From contig JAGXNO010000003.1 of NCBI GenBank assembly GCA_019894975.1, positions 80,922 to 144,921 on the forward strand: a stretch of DNA of 64,000 nt. Reading direction: 5' to 3'. Both the position numbers and the translations under genes were made by a program. The notes beneath the pieces are model-generated. The model was not told where the DNA came from, made no database searches, and saw nothing but the letters and a program-made list of their open reading frames with translations. The DNA is from Promethearchaeota archaeon. Its GTDB lineage: Archaea; Asgardarchaeota; Lokiarchaeia; Sigyniarchaeales; SOKP01. This document shows positions 20,556-30,304 of this stretch, one piece after another (position 1 is the first letter of the stretch; every line of letters begins with the position of its first letter).

Positions 20556-21536
20556 TTAACTGTGAGAATTTAGGGTACTACGATATTCTTTATAATAAAG
20601 TGATTTGTATAAAAGAAATTTCCTCACAATTGGTCTAAACATTGCTGTAAATAAATGTGAAAATGCGACTTTTTTTCGTACTTCATTAAAATAATCATCA
20701 AGCGTATGTCTTTGGTACTGTAATAGAGCTTGACTTTTATCTGTAGTCAAGTATCCACAGTGAAATCCCTTTGTGCTGAATGCTTCTGGAGGTAAAGGGC
20801 TCCTTCCTATCCCGAAAATATCAAACATCTCATTAAGATAATCTTTATAAGAAATACGACATCTTTCGCCACCAGCGATATGTAATGTCTCACCCCATAT
20901 ATCCCTATTTTCTACAGCATTTGCAAGAGCTAGACCAACATCTTTTGTATCACAAATTTCAATGCAAGTGTTTAACGGCATTTCAAACATAAGTGGATCT
21001 AATTGAAGTTTATTGATAGATACAATATAAGTCAAACGGCAAATTACCCATTTTAATCCTGAATTCCTAACAAGTTCTTCACATTTTACCTTTTGTTTGG
21101 CATATTCATCATCGTCATTTGGATTAAGTGGGTCAATAGGTCGAATTAAAGGATTTTCAGTTCTATCACCATAAATAGCTACCGATGAGGTGAATATGAG
21201 CTTTGGTTTTTGTGGTTGTTTTTCCATTGCTTCAATAACATTCAAGGTTCCTCCAACGTTAACTGCTTCAGCAAATTTAGGTTTTCTATCAGCAAGAGGA
21301 GGAATTATCGCAGCTACATGAATTATGACGTCGCAACCAGTAACGGCTAATTCTACATCTTTTGGATTTCTCAAATCTCCCCAGAATATTTCTGCCTGAT
21401 TCTTAAATTTGCGTGCTAGATGACGATTTCTTTTATTCTTTATCTCAAAAATCCTTACGTCATAATTTCTTCTTAGCAATTCTTTCAATGTGCTTAGGCC
21501 TACATTGCCAAATGCTCCCGTTAATAATATTCTCAT
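20556..21536 (-). CDS. NAD-dependent epimerase/dehydratase (extended SDR)
   Basis: TGAFGNVG, HVAA, FTSS, YAKQK. Confidence 0.9.
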   Translation of the reverse strand: MRILLTGAFGNVGLSTLKELLRRNYDVRIFEIKNKRNRHLARKFKNQAEIFWGDLRNPKDVELAVTGCDVIIHVAAIIPPLADRKPKFAEAVNVGGTLNVIEAMEKQPQKPKLIFTSSVAIYGDRTENPLIRPIDPLNPNDDDEYAKQKVKCEELVRNSGLKWVICRLTYIVSINKLQLDPLMFEMPLNTCIEICDTKDVGLALANAVENRDIWGETLHIAGGERCRISYKDYLNEMFDIFGIGRSPLPPEAFSTKGFHCGYLTTDKSQALLQYQRHTLDDYFNEVRKKVAFSHLFTAMFRPIVRKFLLYKSLYYKEYRSTLNSHS

Positions 21537-21550
21537 AATATTCTCACTTT

Positions 21551-21574
21551 TGATATATCACTTCTGGATATATC
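21551..21574. promoter_or_regulatory. Tandem GATATATC palindromes, candidate PadR operator
   Basis: TGATATATCA at 21551-21560 and GATATATC at 21567-21574, just upstream of the SDR start. The same octamer occurs upstream of padR. Confidence 0.4.
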
Positions 21575-21805
21575 ATTCTTAAATATATAAAGAAAAATCA
21601 TATATATAAATCTTGGGGAAAACATAATACTATGATTAAAAATTGCATCTATTGGAATATATATAAATATATATGCAAAAATGATTTATAGAAATAAGAT
21701 TAATTAGAATAAAATTAAGGGAGTATAATCATAACTTTTAAATATATAGTTTTATATTCTAGTGATAGAAAGTTAAAAAAATAACAAGGGTGAAAAAGCA
21801 AAAAA

Positions 21806-21910
21806 ATGACTACTAAAGGGATTTACGAGGTTGTATTAGGCATCATTGGAATGTCTGGTTTGGCTGCCCTATGTGTCGTTATGTTGTTGTTGCTTGGTCT
21901 TGTAGCTTAG
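21806..21910 (+). CDS. Putative 34-aa single-pass membrane microprotein
   Basis: MTTKGIYEVVLGIIGMSGLAALCVVMLLLLGLVA. More GC-rich than its flanks, upstream GGGTGA, fills the gap convergent with padR. Confidence 0.5.
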   Translation: MTTKGIYEVVLGIIGMSGLAALCVVMLLLLGLVA

Positions 21911-21933
21911 CAATAACTTAAACTTTATTCTTT

Positions 21934-22512
21934 TCAATCAGCTTTTAAACTTTCAATTCTTTGGTTAATTTCATTTACAACATTTTGTAATTTACTGACA
22001 ATTTTCGAAATAACTATTTTTCTTTTAGAGAGAATCTCAAGTTTTTCATTGACATCTTTACCAACTAAACTCGTATCCTCAATTAATTCAGGGCCAAACA
22101 AGCTTTCAAAATCATCTGGTATATTGGAATCAGTAATCCCGATTGTTGACATTATCATGGAAAGAAGTGATTTGCGCATATTTTGTTGCCGTTCGATAAG
22201 CTTTTTCAGAGTTTTTTTGCCTTTTTGCGTGATTTCATAAACTTTCCGTTCTCTTTTTCCCTCCATTTCAGAAGTAAACTCAATTAAACCTTTTTTTGTT
22301 AGAGATGATAAATGTGGATATAAAGATGATGCAGTCGGATTCCAAACTCCATAAGTGTCATCCTTTATTATTTGCATTAAACTATACCCATGAGAAGGCC
22401 CTTTTTCCAAAGTTAATAGTATTAAAGTGCTAATATGGCCTTTTTTCATTGAGTTTTCAATTGCATCAGCAATTGCGTCGATTTTTTCTATTTCTTCTTG
22501 TTTTCCACTCAT
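21934..22512 (-). CDS. PadR-family transcriptional regulator
   Basis: ILLTLEKGPSHGYSL..SLYPHLSSLTKKGLI..RKVYEITQKG. Start placed at ATG 22512 (MSGK). Confidence 0.9.
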   Translation of the reverse strand: MSGKQEEIEKIDAIADAIENSMKKGHISTLILLTLEKGPSHGYSLMQIIKDDTYGVWNPTASSLYPHLSSLTKKGLIEFTSEMEGKRERKVYEITQKGKKTLKKLIERQQNMRKSLLSMIMSTIGITDSNIPDDFESLFGPELIEDTSLVGKDVNEKLEILSKRKIVISKIVSKLQNVVNEINQRIESLKAD

Positions 22513-22556
22513 ATCAATGCAACTATGCAAATTAAAGAGACAAAATGTCAAATATA

Positions 22557-22564
22557 GATATATC
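22557..22564. promoter_or_regulatory. GATATATC palindrome upstream of padR, candidate autoregulatory site
   Basis: Same octamer as at 21552 and 21567, about 45 bp upstream of the padR ATG. Confidence 0.35.
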
Positions 22565-22646
22565 AAAATATGTAATATATATTAAAAATATGTGTTTTCA
22601 TAAAAACAAGAGAAAAAAGAGATTTTAGAGTGTGTGCTAGCTTTTT

Positions 22647-23141
22647 TTATACTTCTGATAATTGTCCTTTGCTCCTATTTCTACGAACAATAAACAATAG
22701 AGCAATTATTGAAATTCCCAGAATCAATAATAATCCAGAATACCCCGGAATTCCTGAACCATTGGAAGATCCACAGGTACCTCCACCCACTACAATACAC
22801 TCTGTTACAGTACCTCCTTGATTGCATGTAGCACTAGCTTGAATTCTAGCGCCATTATTGGCAGTTACATTATATTGATAGGTAAATAAAATTGAACTTG
22901 GCTGACTTGTGTACGTCTCACTTACAGTTGTAGTTCCATTAACTTCAATCACTACGGATAATACAAAATGATTACTTGGATTAGATACAGAATGAGAAAT
23001 TGTAGCATTTAGCTTATTAGTGTTTGAATTATAGAATAAAACAATCCCACTTGGGGGATGAGCTTTTACACTGTCAATTCTGGAAGTTGCACTCACAATA
23101 AAGAGGAGTATCAGGATATAGTAAAATTTTCGTTTAGACAT
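22647..23141 (-). CDS. Secreted small beta-sandwich protein with IPGY-TM-basic sorting signal
   Basis: Signal peptide ending VKA|HPP, His residues and CNQGG, C-terminal GIPGYSGLLLILG..RRNRSK. Confidence 0.75.
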   Translation of the reverse strand: MSKRKFYYILILLFIVSATSRIDSVKAHPPSGIVLFYNSNTNKLNATISHSVSNPSNHFVLSVVIEVNGTTTVSETYTSQPSSILFTYQYNVTANNGARIQASATCNQGGTVTECIVVGGGTCGSSNGSGIPGYSGLLLILGISIIALLFIVRRNRSKGQLSEV

Positions 23142-23293
23142 TTTCTTAACACTTTGTAATTATATCCGTATTGGGATTAAATTCAGTATCCCCATATTTA
23201 ATACTTTACCTTAAAAAAAAAGGAAAATGAATTCCAAGAATAGTATGTGTACCTTAAGTTATCATTTTTGATATTATATCTATTATTTAAGAT

Positions 23294-24031
23294 TTATCGA
23301 GGGATTAATTCTTGGTTGTTAAGTACGATAAGTGAAAGGGGGATTACCCAAATTAAAATTGAGAAGAGTAACAACCATTCCAATAAAGGAGTGCTTTCTA
23401 TTAAATTCAGTACAGCCGTAGTTAATGGGCCAAAGATTCCATAGATTCCTAGTAATTTGGGGATCTTAGTATTATATAAAACAATTAACCACCCCATAAA
23501 AAATGCACCAAATGTAAAACCACCAAATGCTAAATAAGACATAATACCGTGTGGTCCTTCTCCTAAAATCGATAAAAAATCGTAATCTCTATCAGCAGAG
23601 AAAATTCCAACACCAATATATCCAAGATTGCCCATAATACTAAATAAGAAAGCGAAACTGCTCAATCGAAAACGTAATCTTGAATAATGTTGACTATTAT
23701 CTGTGGTTCGTTTAGGTAAAGGGGCAAGTAAATTCTCCATATAGAACGTAAGTGGTATAGTCATAGTTCCTGCTATTATGCACGCAATATCATATAAGAA
23801 TGGAGCCGGAGTATGGTCGGAAGAACCTAGATCAGAAATCCAGTTGTCCCAAATAGTATAACTGTCAGGATCAAGAGAATATGCAACGATAACGCCAATT
23901 ATCAGTAAAATTATATATCCGATCATTACACAAAACGCAGAGATTTTTACTATCTTAAAATCTGTTACAAAACTGTAAAATCTGGCTCGAATTTGATTTA
24001 TTGATCTCCGAATTGACATAGATGATTTCAT
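23294..24031 (-). CDS. DUF998-like membrane protein
   Basis: YTIWDNWISDLGS motif, GVGIFS, about 6 TM segments. Confidence 0.7.
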   Translation of the reverse strand: MKSSMSIRRSINQIRARFYSFVTDFKIVKISAFCVMIGYIILLIIGVIVAYSLDPDSYTIWDNWISDLGSSDHTPAPFLYDIACIIAGTMTIPLTFYMENLLAPLPKRTTDNSQHYSRLRFRLSSFAFLFSIMGNLGYIGVGIFSADRDYDFLSILGEGPHGIMSYLAFGGFTFGAFFMGWLIVLYNTKIPKLLGIYGIFGPLTTAVLNLIESTPLLEWLLLFSILIWVIPLSLIVLNNQELIPR

Positions 24032-24209
24032 AATTCATTTATTTTAAAGATAATGGTATTCGATAAGGTTTCTTATTAATTTTTTCCTTTTTATCAAGAA
24101 TATAATCCGTTTATGTCGTATTTAGGAAATCTTTTTATAGAGATGTGATCTATTTTGATAATAATCACAGAAAAAATATCTGATTCTTAAAGTATTAAAG
24201 GCTTGTCAG

Positions 24210-25805
24210 ATGCAAAAAACGAAGATAAATCCAAAAGAGATTTTTGAAAGAAATAAAGAATTTGGAGCAAAAAATTCAGCAAGCATGTTAACAGAAATAA
24301 TAGAATCAGATACGGATACGAATAAAAGAAAAGAAGCTATTAAATACTTAGCACTAATCAGCAATAATTTTATGGATATAAGAGAAGAGTGTTATGAAAT
24401 CTTTGAGAATTTATTAATATCTGATGACATTGTCGGTATTAAATGTGAAGCAGCTAAAGCTTTAGGTAGAATTAAGCATGAAAAAGGTTTAAAGCCTCTA
24501 AAATGGGTGTTAGAACAGAAAAAAGTTGATAATCAAATAAAACTGTCGGCTTTGAAGGCATTAAGTAAAATTAGATTTCAGGAACCAGAAATTCAGCTTT
24601 TTATTAATGAGTTAGAAAATAATTCTAATGCAATAAAAGACTTTGTAACAATCCAATTGCTTAGCTTAAATCCTGAAGAACTCATTGGTTTGTTAATAAA
24701 TTCATTAGAAGTTAAACCCTTTTCAAATGAACATAAGGCAGAAATAATAAAATTAATTGGGTATGAAGTATCAAGTATTAATGTTTCTTATGAAGATTTA
24801 AGCTACATCGAAGTAAAATATCCAGAATTAAAAACTAATTTAATTGAAAAAAAAGGTCTTTTACTTGAAGTTATTACCTTAGTTTTGAAGGAAGAAGATG
24901 TGGATCTTCTGAACTCTGTTATAACAATCCTAAACTTAATTAAAGAAGATATTGAAAATGATTTAATTCGGTTGTTATTATTAGATGATTTCATAGTAAA
25001 AAAGAACGCCATTATCTTATGTGGGAAATTAAAACTTAAGAAATCTGTTGATTTACTCATAATAAATTTAGATAACATGTATAATGAAGTTAGTATTGCA
25101 TCCATTGAAGCTTTGGGTGAGATTGGAGATATTTCCGCGGTACCTGAACTCTTAGATATATTGGATATCGAAGATATCAGTTTTGAATATACAGATTTAG
25201 ATATGAAGCTATATATTTTGGATGCTATAAAAAAGATTTATTCAAGTAATCAAAATGCGTCATATGAATATTTATATGCCAGCCTAAAAAAAGATAACAA
25301 TACAATACAAGAAAGCGTGGCTTTCATATTAGGGGAAATTGGTAAAAATGAATTTGTAAAACCTTTAGTTGAATTATTAGATATTAGAAATTTAGACATT
25401 AGAAAGAATACTATAATTGCATTAGGTAAAGTAGGAGATGTAGGTTCTATCAACAATTTAACCACCATCTTGGAGGATGATAGTTCTTATTGGCTCATAA
25501 AGAAGGTGGCTGTTGATGCAATTTTTAATATAATACAAACCAATTGGTACAAAGTAAAAGATGGTGAAAATGAAGTAAAAAGGCTATTAAGTAAGGAGAT
25601 AGCAAGACTAATCGATCATTTAGGAAATAAACCTGAGGAAAACTTCAAGGTAAAAATAAGTCTAATAAAGTTATTAGAAACTTACGGCGATAAACATGCT
25701 TTAAGCGCATTACTCAATAGAGTTAATGATTTTCATAGAGTTGTCAGAATTCGAGTTTCTAATGCCATAAAGAAAATAGAGGAAAGACTTGAATTAGAGA
25801 ATTAA
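24210..25805 (+). CDS. HEAT-repeat (PBS lyase-like) alpha-solenoid protein
   Basis: Repeated AAKALGRI / SIEALGEIG / VAFILGEIG / TIIALGKVG units. Confidence 0.85.
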   Translation: MQKTKINPKEIFERNKEFGAKNSASMLTEIIESDTDTNKRKEAIKYLALISNNFMDIREECYEIFENLLISDDIVGIKCEAAKALGRIKHEKGLKPLKWVLEQKKVDNQIKLSALKALSKIRFQEPEIQLFINELENNSNAIKDFVTIQLLSLNPEELIGLLINSLEVKPFSNEHKAEIIKLIGYEVSSINVSYEDLSYIEVKYPELKTNLIEKKGLLLEVITLVLKEEDVDLLNSVITILNLIKEDIENDLIRLLLLDDFIVKKNAIILCGKLKLKKSVDLLIINLDNMYNEVSIASIEALGEIGDISAVPELLDILDIEDISFEYTDLDMKLYILDAIKKIYSSNQNASYEYLYASLKKDNNTIQESVAFILGEIGKNEFVKPLVELLDIRNLDIRKNTIIALGKVGDVGSINNLTTILEDDSSYWLIKKVAVDAIFNIIQTNWYKVKDGENEVKRLLSKEIARLIDHLGNKPEENFKVKISLIKLLETYGDKHALSALLNRVNDFHRVVRIRVSNAIKKIEERLELEN

Positions 25806-25956
25806 CACTAATTTTACTAACTAAAAGTAAATTAAAATTTATAATCCTTCGAAAAGGTACAATGTTTAAATAGGATTATTGACACAATCATTTAATTTCT
25901 GTAAGAAATTACAATGAAATTCAAATGTTGAAATGTAATCTAAAGGTGATATTGCA

Positions 25957-26586
25957 ATAAAAATATTTAGCAAAAAAATACCGATTTTTGCAATCTTTCT
26001 GCTCTGCATAATAACATTCCTATCCAGTTTTCCATTAAATGTAGCAGGTGCTTATTTAGTGAATGTAGGTGACGAATGGACATATATGACAAAACGGCAA
26101 GGTATTTCTCAAGGCACCGAGGGGATAAATGTAACTCACGTACCCAGTCCTCCAGAACTTGTCCGTGGAGATATTTATGTAAACGGTACAGCGACATTTT
26201 TCAATCAAACGTTAGATAATGAATTCTTATTTAATGAGACCATGATAACCGCGTTGATGGTCAATTACTCTACAAAAACTAGAAGTTATGCGGGGGTACC
26301 ATGTGAATGTGTTTATATTCCCACAGAAAGGGGAGGATATTGGATGATCGACACTACAACGGGTATAGTAGTTGAGATTTATAGCGTTAACCTTCTTTTT
26401 TTCATTGAGGAATTTATTAAAGTTCATACGTGGGTTATCTCTTGGTCAGTTACAGACATTCCAGAAGATCCAAGAGAACCTTCAGTTGGTGGTACTGAAG
26501 CTGTTCCCGGTTATGATATTTTATTCACTATCGGAATAATTGCGGTTATATCAACTCTAATAACAATAAGACTTAAAAAAAAATAA
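25957..26586 (+). CDS. Secreted protein with VPGY-TM-basic sorting signal, probable ATA start
   Basis: The frame is open upstream of GTG 26059 and encodes a signal peptide (IKIFSKKIPIFAIFLLCIITFLSSFPLNVAGA). In-frame TAA at 25936; AGGTGA at 25944-49. C-terminal AVPGYDILF..RLKKK. Confidence 0.75.
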   Translation: MKIFSKKIPIFAIFLLCIITFLSSFPLNVAGAYLVNVGDEWTYMTKRQGISQGTEGINVTHVPSPPELVRGDIYVNGTATFFNQTLDNEFLFNETMITALMVNYSTKTRSYAGVPCECVYIPTERGGYWMIDTTTGIVVEIYSVNLLFFIEEFIKVHTWVISWSVTDIPEDPREPSVGGTEAVPGYDILFTIGIIAVISTLITIRLKKK

Positions 26587-26750
26587 CATAAGATCTTATT
26601 TCATTTTATTTTAATTTAATTTTTGACTTAAATTTCAAAAAATAGATACCTCTATCTATTAATTAATAATCTTTTTTTACAAAAATCCATTCAATTTAAT
26701 TAATTATCATCAATAAATGAAACATATTATAGAGATTACTGGAAATTAAC

Positions 26751-28253
26751 ATGACAGAGAATAATACAGAAAAAATCGAAACTCAATATGATTATTCCTT
26801 TGAGTATATTCAGAAGAAGCTTGAAGGCAAGAAAGATAGCTTCGGAATGCTCATGAAAGAGATCGTTCGCACAGGAGTCTGCACCGAATGTGGAACTTGT
26901 GCGGCTGTTTGCCCTGTTTTAGAATGGGATCATGTTACAGCACAACCAAAATTAACGGGTAAATGCACTGGCTGTGGTATTTGCTATAATCAATGTCCTC
27001 GAACTATCACCGACCCTTATGTCTTGATGGGGCAATTCGGTACAGGTTATGTTGCAAACACTAATATTCCAGAAGTTATCGGAGGTCAGGATGGAGGAAC
27101 TGTAACAAGTATCCTTTGTTATTTATTTGATGAACATTTAATTGATGCGGCGATAGTAACAATGAAGGATCCCAGTAAACCATGGCATCCCGTTGCACAA
27201 ATTATTACAAGTAAGGATGATGCAATTAAATCTTCAGGATCTATTTATAGTCATTCCCAAACAGTGGAAGCGTTGATGGATGCTATTAGACAGGATTTCA
27301 GATCAATAGCATTCGTAGGTACCCCTTGTAATATAGATGCTGTGAAAAAGATGTTTGATAGTCCAACAGGAATGTTAAAATATTTCATGCGTGCTCACGT
27401 GCTCTCTATAGGATTATTCTGCATGGATTCATTTGCTCCTGAAGCTATTTATCCATTTTTCGAAAAAGATGGTATAGACTTATCAAAAGTGCAGAAAATG
27501 GATATTAATAAAGGTAAATTTCACGTATACTATGATCCAGAGGCAGAACCTATAAAGTCCTACACTATCAAACAATTAGACAAATTCAAATCTTCAAGTT
27601 GTAATTTTTGTACAGATCTGACTGCTGAAAACGCGGACATATCAGTTGGTTCGGTAGGAAGCGGTGCTAAGAGGAATACAGTCTTTGCGAGAAGCGGTCT
27701 TGGACGAGAAATTATGGAAGATGCTGCTGAGAAAGGATACTTGACAATAGAACCATTTAATGCGATTAACTTGAATGCTGTTTTATTCTTAGCTAAGCTT
27801 AAAAAGGTTGCGCAGTATAACATTCAAAAAAGAAAAGTCTTTATAGTGAGAGATACCGTTGAGGAAGAGGAGCCTAGAATTGAAACAAAACCAGAGATTC
27901 AACAAGATTCTGTTAAATCACCTCTGGGTACAAGGAAATTTATTAGTGCTTCACAAACTTTAAAAGAAAGAGAAAAGGTAGTAACACTCTCCTTAACGAA
28001 TACAATAGGTTATGTGCTAGAAGATCTTAAAATAAGAATTGTTACTGTCGAAGAGCTTTTTGAAAAAAGACCCTGGATTACAACCATCAAGGAGTTATTC
28101 CCATTTGAAACAATTGAAATAGGATACCCTCTTGATGTCCCCGAAGGACAACCAATTGCCGCAAATATCTTAGTAGAAGCATCAACGGAATCTTTTGGAA
28201 AACTTTTTTCAAGAACATTTAAAGTTGCACCAACGGAAGAAAAAACTAAATAA
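26751..28253 (+). CDS. FrhB-family F420-binding subunit with an extra C-terminal beta-sandwich-like domain
   Basis: CTECGTCAAVC, CTGCGICYNQCP, QDGGTVT, VGTPC, GLFCMD, CNFCTD..ADISVGSVGS. About 130 aa C-terminal extension. Confidence 0.88.
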   Translation: MTENNTEKIETQYDYSFEYIQKKLEGKKDSFGMLMKEIVRTGVCTECGTCAAVCPVLEWDHVTAQPKLTGKCTGCGICYNQCPRTITDPYVLMGQFGTGYVANTNIPEVIGGQDGGTVTSILCYLFDEHLIDAAIVTMKDPSKPWHPVAQIITSKDDAIKSSGSIYSHSQTVEALMDAIRQDFRSIAFVGTPCNIDAVKKMFDSPTGMLKYFMRAHVLSIGLFCMDSFAPEAIYPFFEKDGIDLSKVQKMDINKGKFHVYYDPEAEPIKSYTIKQLDKFKSSSCNFCTDLTAENADISVGSVGSGAKRNTVFARSGLGREIMEDAAEKGYLTIEPFNAINLNAVLFLAKLKKVAQYNIQKRKVFIVRDTVEEEEPRIETKPEIQQDSVKSPLGTRKFISASQTLKEREKVVTLSLTNTIGYVLEDLKIRIVTVEELFEKRPWITTIKELFPFETIEIGYPLDVPEGQPIAANILVEASTESFGKLFSRTFKVAPTEEKTK

Positions 28254-28327
28254 ATTTTATTAGAAAAGTATAATGAATATAATTATAGGAAAAAAATAAA
28301 AACAGAAAACTAAAAAGGTGAAAAATA

Positions 28328-29236
28328 ATTAAAATAGCTCTTATTGGACTTTCTGGATGTGGAAAAACAAGTGTATATTCTGTAGCGTTTGCTGCTAAAA
28401 GTCCTGAAGATACCAAAGGTTTAGCACCAACAATATTATATGAAACAAGAAGACATCCTTTTTTAGGTTTGCAAGTTGGAATCTTTGACTTCGGTGGACA
28501 AGATCAGTTTAGAAGCGAGTATTTAGCTAAACCTGAGATTTTCAGAGGTACCGATATCCTTATTCCTATCGTAGATTTACATGAACCAAAGACCTTTGAG
28601 GATGCCAAACAATATTTTATAGATTTATTGGATCTCTATCGCAAAAATAATGAGAAACCTAAGATTTTCTTATTTCTCCATAAGTACGATGTAGAAAATT
28701 ACCAGAAAGAACTTCTCGATACTAATGTAAAAAATGCGAAGGAAATCTTTTTGGATTTGTTTAAGGACTATGATTTCGATTTTATGCTCACAAGTATCTA
28801 TGAACAAGATAAATTGGCTAAAGTATTTAGAGATATCTTAATCTCACAATATTCTGAATTAAAATCTCATGTAGAAAAAGCAGAAAAGCAATTAGATGAC
28901 ATTAAAGCAAAAGTTATTATTGCTGATATTTCTGGTAATGTAATTGTTCATAATGTTCAAGGTGTAAGTAGTGGACTGACATTAAGGGGAGATTTAAGAG
29001 ATTTTATTAATGCTTGTAATACGGTGAGAGAGAATATATTTATGTCAGATTCTGCAAAATTCAGTGGACGTAATGATGACGGGAAAGATATAGAGCTTCA
29101 TATCTTTAAGTATATCATATCTGTGCTTGTTATGAAAAGTAGCGATTTAGACAGAGATTCTCAAGATAAATTGAATATGTTATTGAATGATATGAAATTA
29201 TTTGCGGATCTGATTATTTCAGCTCATTCAGATTAA
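28328..29236 (+). CDS. Rag/Gtr-like small GTPase with C-terminal roadblock/longin-like domain, ATT or ATA start
   Basis: The P-loop GLSGCGKTS is in frame upstream of the listed TTG 28469. Also APT (G2), FDFGGQ (G3), LHKYD (Rag-type G4). An in-frame TGA at 28319 bounds the frame. Confidence 0.82.
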   Translation: MKIALIGLSGCGKTSVYSVAFAAKSPEDTKGLAPTILYETRRHPFLGLQVGIFDFGGQDQFRSEYLAKPEIFRGTDILIPIVDLHEPKTFEDAKQYFIDLLDLYRKNNEKPKIFLFLHKYDVENYQKELLDTNVKNAKEIFLDLFKDYDFDFMLTSIYEQDKLAKVFRDILISQYSELKSHVEKAEKQLDDIKAKVIIADISGNVIVHNVQGVSSGLTLRGDLRDFINACNTVRENIFMSDSAKFSGRNDDGKDIELHIFKYIISVLVMKSSDLDRDSQDKLNMLLNDMKLFADLIISAHSD

Positions 29237-29322
29237 TTAAATTGAACAAAAATATTTTTTACTCTTTTCTATTTTTTTAGTTTTTGATAAGATATAACAT
29301 ATTACTGTAGGTTGAGATTAGT

Positions 29323-29916
29323 TTGGTGAAAAGGTGTAATTGGGGTAATTATAACGATCAAATGAAAGAGTATCATGATACTGAATGGGGTGTTCCTGTG
29401 CATGATGACCGTCTTCTTTTTGAATTTCTGACATTAGAAGGAGCTCAAGCAGGTCTAAGTTGGAATACGATATTGCAAAAGCGTGAGAACTTTAGAGAAG
29501 CTTTTGATAATTTTGATTATAATAAAATAGCTGCATACGGTGAAAAAAAAGTAGAAGAATTGCTTAATAATGCGGGGATTATAAGGAATAGACTAAAAAT
29601 TGAATCCACAATCGTAAATGCTAAGGTTTTATTAAAAGTACTAGAAGAGTTTGGTTCTTTCGATAATTACATATGGGAATTCATAGATAACAATCCCATT
29701 ATAAATAAATTTAAGACATTAGAAGAATTACCCCCAAAAACGGAGCAATCAGAGCGAATTAGCAAAGCTCTAAAGAAGCGTGGATTCAAATTTGTTGGAC
29801 CAACGATAATTTATAGTTTCATGCAAGCTGTAGGAATGATAAATGATCACACAATTGATTGCTTTAGATACGAAGAAATAAATCAAATTATAAGAAAAAG
29901 TGTCTATATTAAGTAG
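29323..29916 (+). CDS. tag: DNA-3-methyladenine glycosylase I
   Basis: RCNW, YHDTEWGVP, LEGAQAGLSW, GIIRNRLKI, FKFVGPT, NDH..C. Confidence 0.95.
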   Translation: MVKRCNWGNYNDQMKEYHDTEWGVPVHDDRLLFEFLTLEGAQAGLSWNTILQKRENFREAFDNFDYNKIAAYGEKKVEELLNNAGIIRNRLKIESTIVNAKVLLKVLEEFGSFDNYIWEFIDNNPIINKFKTLEELPPKTEQSERISKALKKRGFKFVGPTIIYSFMQAVGMINDHTIDCFRYEEINQIIRKSVYIK

Positions 29917-30295
29917 CTTCATTTTCAATAACTGAATATTTCTCAACCATTGTAATCAATGTATTTAAGTCAATGGGTTTCTCTAAAAAATCAATAGCAC
30001 CTATTTCTAAAGCCTTTTTTTTTATTGTGTAATCAGCACTTACGAAAATGATTTTAATATCAGGACTGATACTAAGAATTTCCTCTGTTGTCTCTAATCC
30101 ATTTTTTACAGGCATTCGATGGTCCATTAGAATAAGATTGGGTTTATTTGCAATCTCTTTAAAGATATTGATTGCTTCCTCTCCATTATATGCTTTTGCA
30201 ACAACTTCATGTCCTTCTATAACTAAAAATTGCTCGAATAGCAAAACCACATCTGTATCATCATCGATTATAAAGATCTTAGTTATTTTGAACAC
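29909..30295 (-). CDS. Stand-alone response regulator receiver (CheY-like)
   Basis: IIDDD, LMDHRMP, VSA, LEKP. Confidence 0.92.
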   Translation of the reverse strand: MFKITKIFIIDDDTDVVLLFEQFLVIEGHEVVAKAYNGEEAINIFKEIANKPNLILMDHRMPVKNGLETTEEILSISPDIKIIFVSADYTIKKKALEIGAIDFLEKPIDLNTLITMVEKYSVIENEAT

Positions 30296-30304
30296 ATCAC
30301 CTGT

